Positions 24,622 through 32,000 of a stretch of 32,000 nt of DNA are shown here, one piece after another. A program made the translations under genes and the position numbers. A model generated the notes under the pieces. It saw only the letters and a list, made by a program, of their open reading frames with translations. It did no database searches and was not told where the DNA came from. This stretch comes from Nitrosopumilus sp. b3 (GTDB lineage: Archaea; Thermoproteota; Nitrososphaeria; Nitrososphaerales; Nitrosopumilaceae), in assembly GCF_014078525.1 (NCBI RefSeq), contig NZ_MU078695.1, positions 68,851-100,850 of the forward strand, read 5' to 3'. Numbering within the stretch: position 1 is the first letter of the stretch; each line of letters opens with the position of its first letter.

Positions 24622-25209
24622 TTATAGACCCAATTTTTTTGGCTTTATTTTCCTAATTGTACCAACAAGAATTCCAATGGTGAATCCCAACTGATACAGA
24701 AAGTACAAAAGAACTTCAAACGTACTCGGAGTAAGATCTGTGAGTCTGCTCAAACCTGTAAGTAAAAGTAAAAGAATACTGGAAAACAAGACAAATATTT
24801 TTGCTGCGCCGCCAAGATTTGTGAATTTTAAAAGAACAAAGGTCATCACAGTTACTGAGATTGCCAAGATAGTAAGAAAACCAGTATTCATCCCAAAAAT
24901 CAAAAATAATGATGATGCAATCTCTCCAGTATTTCCTGCAGATAAATTAAAGAGATCAATTTTTTCAGGTGATGCAAATCTAGGAACACTCAAAATAGCA
25001 TTTGCTAGAAATAAAAAAAACAATGTTACAGAAACTGTCTTTAGATGATTTTGGAGACGTGGGAATCTTACAAGAATAGACCGTCCCAAAATTATTCCTT
25101 GAATAAGACCAATTCCAAAAACTATCAGAACAGCAATTAGTTGTATTATGGGTTCATTGAAAGTATCAACAAGAAACGGAATAAGTGCCATTACCAGTAG
25201 ATTATTCAA
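24622..25209 (-). CDS. Integral membrane protein (about 5-6 TM)
   Basis: 195 aa, almost entirely hydrophobic segments. Confidence 0.7.
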   Translation of the reverse strand: MNNLLVMALIPFLVDTFNEPIIQLIAVLIVFGIGLIQGIILGRSILVRFPRLQNHLKTVSVTLFFLFLANAILSVPRFASPEKIDLFNLSAGNTGEIASSLFLIFGMNTGFLTILAISVTVMTFVLLKFTNLGGAAKIFVLFSSILLLLLTGLSRLTDLTPSTFEVLLYFLYQLGFTIGILVGTIRKIKPKKLGL

Positions 25210-25322
25210 ATGTAGAGAATATTATCTAATTGGTATGGATTTTTGTCAATATCACCCAATCACTTGATTAGAGTATTCCAAGTAGGAGTAAATTTTATAA
25301 TTTCCTCAATGTTGGGAACACC

Positions 25323-26480
25323 ATGCAAAAGTTAGTTTTTTTGTTTTTTTTAAGTGCAGTAATTGGTGTTTCGGTAAATTATTCATATTCACAAGAAATG
25401 AGTCTTGCAACCTTTCAAGAAACTGCTCAAGTAATTATTGACAAGAGCATATCACAAAATGTCACTGCCTCAATTACACTCCAAAGTACAAGCATTCAAG
25501 AGATCAAAATTCCAGCAGAATTAGAACAACGAATTAGAGAGAATGGAAATATTTCTGCAGTCACAGTAACCAACCAGAATCAGTGTGTATTAGGCGTAAG
25601 TGACGAGTCATGCATTTTGATTAATGTAAAGAGAAATCCAGAGGATAAGAATTTTCTTCAAATTCAAAATAGAACCATCCAGATTGCAGGACAGTTCATA
25701 GATGAGATAAATGAAGTGTTTGACACTAACGCCGAACTTCATTCTACCTTTATCCACAGTTCAGATGAAGCAAGTGTTGCCATGGAAACCTCAGGAGTAA
25801 TTTCAGGCAGAGGAACTATTTCTGCAGTATACACAATGCCTATGGAAGATACAGATTCAATGTATGAAAAAATCTCTGCAATATTAATTCCTAAAATAAT
25901 TAGGGATTCAGGAGGATTTTATGATGTTGCAAGAAATCTTTCACATCAAGAAAATTCAAAAATGACAGTCTCAATAATCCCAACTGAAAATAGATCACTG
26001 CTGCAATTAAGATTATCAGTGAATTATCCTCAAACAGCATCAGAAATCAATCAAGTTAGTCCACTAGAATTTTTGAAAACTAACGAGTTAAAAAGATCAG
26101 ATTATTTTTCATCAGGGTTTTATCCTCTGAATTCAATAATTCAGATAGTGGTATTAGATTCTGAAGATACGAAAGTTTCAGATGTAAAAGGAAACATTAC
26201 ACCTTCACAAATCATAGGAGATGAAAGAATTCCAACTGATATTTCAGAAAAAGGATGGATATTCGATCCCCAGGAAGGACAAAGAATTCAAGGAAAATAT
26301 ATTTTCGGCAAGGATACAACAATTAGCAAACAAGAACTAGAATTTTCACTTGGTGGAGAGCAATTACAAAACAAACAAGCTGAAAAAATAGAATTTGATG
26401 AATCAATCGTAGTTGTAATTATCATAACTGTTGTTGCAATTGCGGCTGCAGTGTTTTATCTTAAAGGATATAAAAAATAA
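25323..26480 (+). CDS. Secreted protein with C-terminal TM anchor
   Basis: N-terminal signal 'MQKLVFLFFLSAVIGVSVNYSYS'; C-terminal 'IVVVIIITVVAIAAAVFYL' followed by KGYKK. Confidence 0.7.
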   Translation: MQKLVFLFFLSAVIGVSVNYSYSQEMSLATFQETAQVIIDKSISQNVTASITLQSTSIQEIKIPAELEQRIRENGNISAVTVTNQNQCVLGVSDESCILINVKRNPEDKNFLQIQNRTIQIAGQFIDEINEVFDTNAELHSTFIHSSDEASVAMETSGVISGRGTISAVYTMPMEDTDSMYEKISAILIPKIIRDSGGFYDVARNLSHQENSKMTVSIIPTENRSLLQLRLSVNYPQTASEINQVSPLEFLKTNELKRSDYFSSGFYPLNSIIQIVVLDSEDTKVSDVKGNITPSQIIGDERIPTDISEKGWIFDPQEGQRIQGKYIFGKDTTISKQELEFSLGGEQLQNKQAEKIEFDESIVVVIIITVVAIAAAVFYLKGYKK

Positions 26481-27047
26481 TCATAGTAAAAGAACTGCTG
26501 CAGCAAATACAGTTGTCCATTTTCCATCTTTATCACCTTTTGTTGATTGAGTGATGTTTTTTGTATTGTATATTTTTCCTGAAATTGACCACTGTTGTCT
26601 TTTTTCATCCCAGTTTTTATCAACATCAAATGGAATTCCCAATGAAGAAGCTAGCATTTGTGCTGCAATGTCTTCAGCATAATCACCAGCTTGAGTCTCA
26701 TTTTGTCCAAAAGATTCGTATTCTGAAAGGTAACCGTATCTACTATTGTCCTTGGGGATTGCAATACCTACAGAAGCTGCACACATCCTATGGGGCTCTC
26801 TAGTCTGATTTTTTGAATAAATTGTAAATAGTATTTGTCCAGGGCTAATTTGTTTGAGTCCTTCTTTTCTTGAAATCAATTTTGCTTTAGGTGGGAATAT
26901 GCTTGATATCAATACAAGATTAGTTCCTGCAATTCCTGCATCCCTTAACGCATATTCAAAGCTGGTCAATCTATCTTCGTGTACACCTTTTCCTTTTGTA
27001 AGAAATAATTTTTTAGCAACTAAATCAAGCATTTCTGAATTCATCAA
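26481..27047 (-). CDS. pdaD: Pyruvoyl-dependent arginine decarboxylase
   Basis: 188 aa. 'KLFLTKGKGVHED...SFE.ALRDAGI...NLVLISSIFPP' contains the self-cleaving Ser-Ser site context typical of PdaD. The start is possibly 'MLDLV' a few codons in. Confidence 0.9.
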   Translation of the reverse strand: MMNSEMLDLVAKKLFLTKGKGVHEDRLTSFEYALRDAGIAGTNLVLISSIFPPKAKLISRKEGLKQISPGQILFTIYSKNQTREPHRMCAASVGIAIPKDNSRYGYLSEYESFGQNETQAGDYAEDIAAQMLASSLGIPFDVDKNWDEKRQQWSISGKIYNTKNITQSTKGDKDGKWTTVFAAAVLLL

Positions 27048-27122
27048 AGATAGTTATTATTTATACTTTAATTGAAAAAGAGAAATTCTAAAATCAAATC
27101 TGTAAAAACCAAAACTCTTTAC

Positions 27123-27362
27123 CTAATCTCTTTTTTTCTTCTTCTTTCTTTTGTCAGGAGATTTTTGAACTTGTGTCAGAAAGATGAATGTAAAGAATGC
27201 CCCTAAACCTACATTGATGACACCCATAAAAGTAATCATCATAGTCATGGATGGAGGTGCAATACTTAATCCAATAATAATTCCCAAGACTCCTGTAGTA
27301 AAAAACATCATCATCAGAACCTTGACCCTTGTTGGCTCAATGTATCTCATATGTCGTATCAA
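27123..27362 (-). CDS. Small membrane protein (2 TM) with poly-Lys tail
   Basis: 79 aa, two hydrophobic helices, 'KRKKKKKRD' C-terminus. Confidence 0.55.
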   Translation of the reverse strand: MIRHMRYIEPTRVKVLMMMFFTTGVLGIIIGLSIAPPSMTMMITFMGVINVGLGAFFTFIFLTQVQKSPDKRKKKKKRD

Positions 27363-27472
27363 AATACGACATTATTATAAACTGACGGTCAGGCAATGAG
27401 ATCAAGATACAGTATGCTCTGGGAATTAATCTTGGTAACATTTTAAACCTGAAAAATTTCATTTTTCTATGT

Positions 27473-27547
27473 GCCAATGTAGCTCAGCCTGGTTAGAGCA
27501 GCTGATTTGTAATCAGCAGGTCGTGGGTTCGGATCCCGTCATTGGCT
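27473..27547 (+). tRNA. tRNA-Thr (anticodon UGU), CCA not encoded
   Basis: Hand-folded cloverleaf. Acceptor GCCAATG/CATTGGC, D stem GCTC/GAGC, anticodon stem GCTGA/TCAGC with loop TT-TGT-AA, T arm GTGGG-TTCGGAT-CCCGT, discriminator T. Followed by a T-run. Confidence 0.9.
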
Positions 27548-27615
27548 TTTTTAATATTCTACATTTCCAAATTTGGCAATACGAATAAGTATGCTAAATT
27601 TCGCCTTTAATCAAA

Positions 27616-28422
27616 ATGAGTTCTGATGATTCTGAAGTTATTGGAAATGATAAAGAAAATAAAGTTATAAAAAAATCAACATTTAATGGATTGATAATTA
27701 GTTTAATTGTAATAGTTGGAATTGCAGCATTTTTTGCTGGATCTTATTCATCTGTATTCAACTCCAATCAAATTACAGAAGAAGATCTTGATGATGCAAT
27801 TGCTAAATTAGAACTTAAAATACTGCAAAATCAATTACCCACAAAACAACCAACTCCCACAGTAAAAATTTCAGCAGATAATGATCCGATAATTGGAAAT
27901 CCGGATGCACCAATTACTATAATTGAATTTTCAGATTTTCAGTGTCCATTTTGTGCCAGATTTCACATTCAAACACTACCATTAATTCTTGAAGAGTATA
28001 TTGAACAAGGAAAAGTGAAATTAGTTTTCAGAGATTTTCCTATTCAAAGTATTCATCCCAATGCATTACCTGCATCAGTTGCAGCTGAATGTGCAAATGA
28101 ACAAGGAAAATTCAGAGAAATGCACGATATGTTGTTTGATAATCAAAATCAATGGAATAAACTAGAAACTAATGATGTGCTTTCTTTGTTTAGTAATTAT
28201 GCATCAAATATTCAATTAGATCAAGAAATCTTTGATTCATGTCTTACTAGTGGAAAGTATATCGAAGAAATTAGAAAAGATCTTGATGATGGTAGAGATT
28301 ATGGAGTGTCAGGTACGCCTGGATTTTTTGTAGGTAATGAAAAGATAGGATTTGTAGAGCTTAAAGGAGCACAACCATTTGAAAGTTTTAAAAAAATTAT
28401 TGATTCGCAGTTAGAGGCGTAA
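27616..28422 (+). CDS. DsbA-family thiol:disulfide oxidoreductase, membrane-anchored
   Basis: N-terminal TM 'GLIISLIVIVGIAAFFAG'. Thioredoxin-fold active site 'FSDFQCPFCARF'. C-terminal 'GVSGTPGFFV' (cis-Pro loop). Confidence 0.85.
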   Translation: MSSDDSEVIGNDKENKVIKKSTFNGLIISLIVIVGIAAFFAGSYSSVFNSNQITEEDLDDAIAKLELKILQNQLPTKQPTPTVKISADNDPIIGNPDAPITIIEFSDFQCPFCARFHIQTLPLILEEYIEQGKVKLVFRDFPIQSIHPNALPASVAAECANEQGKFREMHDMLFDNQNQWNKLETNDVLSLFSNYASNIQLDQEIFDSCLTSGKYIEEIRKDLDDGRDYGVSGTPGFFVGNEKIGFVELKGAQPFESFKKIIDSQLEA

Positions 28423-28524
28423 AAAATAACAAGCGTTTATTACACGTTTAGAGTCATTTCAATTATCGGAATAATGACGTCAAAGCAATGAGCTTTTCGT
28501 CATTGCTTAAGAGAAGAAAATAAA

Positions 28525-29838
28525 ATGACAAAATTTACAGAATTAGGATTAAAAGATGAGATACTAAAGGGAATTGCTGATCTACATTTTGAAGAAGCAT
28601 TTCCAATTCAAGAAGCTGTAATTCCCGTACTACTTTCAGGAAGAGATGTTGTTGGTCAGGCACATACAGGTTCTGGAAAAACTGCAGCATTTGCATTATC
28701 AATGCTACAAGAAATACAGCCAAAAAATGGCATTCAAGGGTTAATCATGGCACCTACAAGAGAACTTGCAATGCAGATTAGTGATGAAATTAAAAAATTT
28801 GGAAAATACACTGGAATCAAAGTAGCAACAGTATATGGAGGACAAGGTATGGGAATCCAATTAGATACTCTTCACAGAGGAGTAGAGATTGTTGTTGCAA
28901 CTCCGGGCAGATTAATTGACCATCTTAAAAGAGGATCAATCGAACTCAGAGATGTTACCCATATTGTTCTTGATGAAGCTGATACAATGCTAGACATGGG
29001 ATTTGTAGACGATATTTCATTTATTTTGGATTTAGCACCTGAGGATAGAGTTATGTCATTGTTTTCAGCAACAATGCCTACCGAAATTCTCAGATTATCT
29101 GAAGAATATCTTAACAATCCAAAACAATTCCTTTTAGATGCAGATGATCTCAGTGGAGAAGGAATTGATCAATCATATTTGGTAATTAAAGACAGAGACA
29201 AGTTCAAGTATCTAATTGATTTTATCAAAAAAACTAAAGGTCAATCAATTGTATTTTGCTCAACTAAATATAGAACTAGAGATGTTGCAAAATTCCTCCA
29301 TCAAGAAAAATACAATGCAGTTGCAATTGAAGGAGATATGTCTCAGCATAGAAGAGAACAATCCATGGGTAAATTCAGAAGTGGAAAAGCAGATATTCTT
29401 GTTGCAACAGATGTGGCATCAAGAGGCATTGACGTTCCAAGAGTAGAACTAGTAGTAAATTATGATGTGCCAAATCAAGAAATGGCATATTTTCATAGAA
29501 TTGGAAGAACTGCAAGAGCTGGAGCACTAGGTAAAGCAATCACATTTGTATCATATTCGTCAGTAGGAGATTGGAATCTCATTAAAAGACAAATCAAAGT
29601 TCCTCTCAGAGATCTGAATGAAGAAATGGGAATTCAAATATCTATTCCAGATCCTCTAAAAAGACAGACACCCTCAAGAAGGTATGGAGGCCAATCAAGA
29701 TCTAATTATTCCAGAGGAGGTCGTTCCGGAGGTTATGGAAGGTCTGACAGGAGTAGAAACCCCAGAGATGACAGAGGCAAAAGAAAGAGGTACGGGGACG
29801 ATAATAGAAATAGCTACGGCGGACGTAGTAGATGGTAA
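28525..29838 (+). CDS. DEAD-box ATP-dependent RNA helicase with Arg/Gly/Ser-rich C-terminal tail
   Basis: Q-motif 'F.E.FPIQ', 'AHTGSGKT', 'PTRELA', 'DEAD', 'SAT', 'HRIGRTARAG'. The C-terminal ~70 aa are rich in RGG/RS/RD. Confidence 0.95.
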   Translation: MTKFTELGLKDEILKGIADLHFEEAFPIQEAVIPVLLSGRDVVGQAHTGSGKTAAFALSMLQEIQPKNGIQGLIMAPTRELAMQISDEIKKFGKYTGIKVATVYGGQGMGIQLDTLHRGVEIVVATPGRLIDHLKRGSIELRDVTHIVLDEADTMLDMGFVDDISFILDLAPEDRVMSLFSATMPTEILRLSEEYLNNPKQFLLDADDLSGEGIDQSYLVIKDRDKFKYLIDFIKKTKGQSIVFCSTKYRTRDVAKFLHQEKYNAVAIEGDMSQHRREQSMGKFRSGKADILVATDVASRGIDVPRVELVVNYDVPNQEMAYFHRIGRTARAGALGKAITFVSYSSVGDWNLIKRQIKVPLRDLNEEMGIQISIPDPLKRQTPSRRYGGQSRSNYSRGGRSGGYGRSDRSRNPRDDRGKRKRYGDDNRNSYGGRSRW

Positions 29839-29890
29839 TCACTGTAAAACTTAAAGACCTGAACTTCACTAATTATTACAAGGTATACTA

Positions 29891-30124
29891 ATGCACAAAG
29901 GATTCATTTTACTGAATTGTGATCTGGGCGCTGAAGAATATATCGTAGATGAGTTAAAACACATGCAAGATGTCAATAATGCATATCTTACTTTTGGTGC
30001 ATATGATGTAGTTGCAGAAGTGCAAACACAAAACCAAGATGAATTAGAAAAAGTGATTGCAGCAATTAGAAAATTATCAAGAGTTGTAAGCACTATGACG
30101 CTAAATGTTATTCAGCCCGAATAA
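29891..30124 (+). CDS. Stand-alone Lrp/AsnC-type ligand-binding (RAM) domain protein
   Basis: 77 aa. 'GFILLNCDLG.EEYIVDELKHMQDVNNAYLTFGAYDVVAEV...ELEKVI..IRKL..VVSTMTL' fits the RAM-domain pattern, without an HTH. Confidence 0.7.
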   Translation: MHKGFILLNCDLGAEEYIVDELKHMQDVNNAYLTFGAYDVVAEVQTQNQDELEKVIAAIRKLSRVVSTMTLNVIQPE

Positions 30125-30157
30125 TAGTTATAGGAGTTATATCAGAATTGTTTCAAA

Positions 30158-30448
30158 TTGCAAAAAATTGATTATGAAGCTCCAGTATGGGTTTTAAATT
30201 ATAATAATCCAAAACCACTATTAGATCATGCCATCCATATGCTAGAAAGACATGGAGTTAAACGAGAAGATATGGAAATTACAGAAACTCCTAAAGCTAA
30301 AGTTGGTGCAATAGTAGTCGAGATTTGGCCATATGAATTAGTTATTGGAAGAGTAAGAACAACTAGAAATGATTCATTTATCAGTGGTACAGAATTTACG
30401 GTAGAATTAAAGTTAGATGACGATGGGAATTACATAGATTATCTTTGA
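30158..30448 (+). CDS. Hypothetical protein (96 aa, TTG start)
   Basis: Clean ORF. Its stop overlaps the TTG start of the next gene (TTGA). Confidence 0.5.
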   Translation: MQKIDYEAPVWVLNYNNPKPLLDHAIHMLERHGVKREDMEITETPKAKVGAIVVEIWPYELVIGRVRTTRNDSFISGTEFTVELKLDDDGNYIDYL

Positions 30449-31134
30449 AGAAAAAGAAAATACAGAATATCATAATTGGAATAATAGCAGTTCTAATAAT
30501 TGGAGGTATTGCAGCATACAGTTATTCCATAGACCAAACCAAACAGAAAGGGCTCCAATTCGGAATAGAGCTTGAACAAATACAAGAAGATGTTAAAGAA
30601 TTACAAACAAAATTTTATTCTGAAAAAACAAAATGGGAAGAAGGAGACATTACAAAAGAAGAATTGTTGGAATTTTATCAAAAACATTTGCAGGATTTTG
30701 AGGAAATAATTTCCAAATATGATGAATTGTCACCTCCAGAGATCTTCAAGGGTTCTGTGGATCTTTTGAAATTATCATCTCAGGCTCAACTAGTTAGTGA
30801 TTCAGAGTTTATCAAATGGATTGAAACTGGTGATGAATCAGCTAAAATTCGTTCAGATACTCAAATTCAAGAATCATTAGAATATGAAATGTTGGGTTTG
30901 GTTGAATTTTATTCAGCTAAAACTGGGGTCAAAAACTATGATGAGCCAGAAAAGTTTGAAGCGCCACAAACGGGACTAACACAAAAAGTAATACAGATTT
31001 CTGAAAATATGAAAAATCAGTGTGATGAAGAATTTAGAAACGAGTTAGGGGAATTTGATTCAGAACAAACCGAAATTGAGTGGTTCAACTGTACAAATGA
31101 GGCAAAAAAATGGAAAATAGAGCATTTGCCGTAA
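30445..31134 (+). CDS. N-terminally membrane-anchored helical protein
   Basis: 229 aa. 'IIIGIIAVLIIGGIAAY' TM followed by a charged helical region. Confidence 0.6.
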   Translation: MKKKKIQNIIIGIIAVLIIGGIAAYSYSIDQTKQKGLQFGIELEQIQEDVKELQTKFYSEKTKWEEGDITKEELLEFYQKHLQDFEEIISKYDELSPPEIFKGSVDLLKLSSQAQLVSDSEFIKWIETGDESAKIRSDTQIQESLEYEMLGLVEFYSAKTGVKNYDEPEKFEAPQTGLTQKVIQISENMKNQCDEEFRNELGEFDSEQTEIEWFNCTNEAKKWKIEHLP

Positions 31135-31235
31135 TAAAAAATAATTTCTACCACCCTACAATATTAAAATCATCGAAAAATTTCTTTTGAAAATATTTTA
31201 GTAAATTTTATCATCTAGAATGTTTTGGTAGTATT

Positions 31236-31583
31236 ATGGAAATTGAAGTGGCTGTTGAAAAACTATTGAAGCTTAGTCCATCAGTTAGAGTAGTGACTGT
31301 ATGCGATCTAAATGGAAAACTAGTTTATTCAGCACGTTCAAAGAAGGTAAGCATTTTGGTGTCAAAGAAACAAAGTTTGGCATCATTAAAGGCTGCAGCA
31401 TATGATTGGAAGCAAAGAAAAAAACTTTTGAAGTCACTAGGGGCATGCAAATACGTTGTTGCAGAATATGACAAAGTAAAAAGAATAGTCATTCCTGCAG
31501 GAAAGAATCATATTTTGTATGTGACTACCACTGCTTCCTTAGATCATAACAAAGTTGTTCGAAAGGTACGCTCTTTCAAGTAA
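31236..31583 (+). CDS. Hypothetical protein (115 aa)
   Basis: Clean ORF with an AT-rich upstream region. No motif recognised. Confidence 0.55.
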   Translation: MEIEVAVEKLLKLSPSVRVVTVCDLNGKLVYSARSKKVSILVSKKQSLASLKAAAYDWKQRKKLLKSLGACKYVVAEYDKVKRIVIPAGKNHILYVTTTASLDHNKVVRKVRSFK

Positions 31584-31678
31584 CCTTTACAATTTTTATT
31601 TTTTCTATTTTTTAATTAGATATCAAATAATTTTCAAATTATTTACAGATGGTAAAAAATATTGATTGTGTTTTAGTG

Positions 31679-31936
31679 TCACTTTTTGAGTTGTCGTCTT
31701 CCGGTACCTCTTCCAGAACTAACCCACATACCTTTTGTGTCTGTAGATTTGGTATCTGCAATATCTCCAAATTTTATTTTTCCAGTACCTCTTCCAACAG
31801 TAACATACTTGTCTTTAGAGGCTTCTTTTCTTGCAGCTTGAATTTTTTTGAAATCTGAGCCGGACCATTTACTGGCATCGTCATCAACTTCAATAGTACC
31901 TGTTCCTCTACCAGATCGTACTTTAATTTTAGCCAT
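31679..31936 (-). CDS. Small basic protein with three 'GRGTG' repeats
   Basis: 85 aa containing 'RSGRGTGTIEV', 'TVGRGTGKIKF' and 'SSGRGTGRRQL'. Confidence 0.6.
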   Translation of the reverse strand: MAKIKVRSGRGTGTIEVDDDASKWSGSDFKKIQAARKEASKDKYVTVGRGTGKIKFGDIADTKSTDTKGMWVSSGRGTGRRQLKK

Positions 31937-32000
31937 ATTTTCTAATTATTAGTACCCGATTCTCATTAATAAGATTTTTAAAAAGACCAATTTTTGAACA

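Noticed and set aside
27473-27547. tRNA-Thr as the integration target of the island
   Set aside because: The tRNA is about 9 kb from the island's apparent right edge, with housekeeping genes on both sides. I saw no duplicated tRNA fragment in the window.
20757-31858. Overlapping or antisense track ORFs in the core region (20757..21029, 22111..22305, 22891..23169, 23942..24247, 24184..24441, 24236..24463, 24740..25048, 26561..26803, 26854..27075, 27184..27399, 28535..28723, 28872..29117, 29216..29446, 29869..30093, 31649..31858)
   Set aside because: All overlap motif-supported genes (ppa, pepF, pdaD, helicase and others) in other frames or strands. They are treated as non-coding shadows.
1-32000. 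CRISPR arrays, rRNA genes, IS transposases, casposase/Cas1
   Set aside because: I looked for regularly spaced direct repeats of 25-40 nt with unique spacers and for recognisable transposase or Cas motifs in the ORF set, and found none. The only regularly recurring repeat is the gene-spaced TGTAAG...CCAAT motif described above.

Overview
AT-rich archaeal DNA. The gene content (Orc1/Cdc6, pyruvoyl-dependent arginine decarboxylase, a tRNA without encoded CCA, TATA-like boxes about 25-30 nt upstream of many starts) suggests a marine Nitrosopumilus-like thaumarchaeon; this is inference, with no database search possible. The window has two parts. (A) About 1-18.2 kb looks like an accessory, integrated-element-like island. 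It holds a fused Type IIG restriction-modification enzyme followed by two unknown ORFs and a HicB/HicA pair. A long minus-strand gene train (13222 down to 5867) follows: three tiny zinc-ribbon ORFs, a Zn-ribbon/HerA-FtsK-like ATPase, a 4-TM protein, a tandem paralog pair and a 1137-aa coiled-coil/TM giant. Next come a tyrosine recombinase and a divergently transcribed mini Orc1/Cdc6, separated by a structured GC-rich intergenic region. The most unusual part is at 16.27-18.21 kb. There, single genes or gene pairs (SAM methyltransferase; a small possibly DUF1801-like protein; a RelB/RelE-like pair) are each delimited by one of five same-orientation copies of a ~25-45 nt repeat (core TGTAAG...CCAAT). 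The whole block is bracketed by a second, longer direct repeat with a GC-rich hairpin. This is integron-like in logic but not a canonical integron. (B) About 18.2-32 kb is ordinary core genome: response-regulator receiver, FMN reductase, inorganic pyrophosphatase, zf-UBP protein, oligoendopeptidase F, arginine decarboxylase, tRNA-Thr(UGU), DsbA-like oxidoreductase, DEAD-box helicase, a RAM-domain protein and several small, membrane or secreted hypotheticals. No CRISPR array, rRNA or recognisable IS transposase was seen. All functional calls rest on motifs read by eye in the supplied translations.
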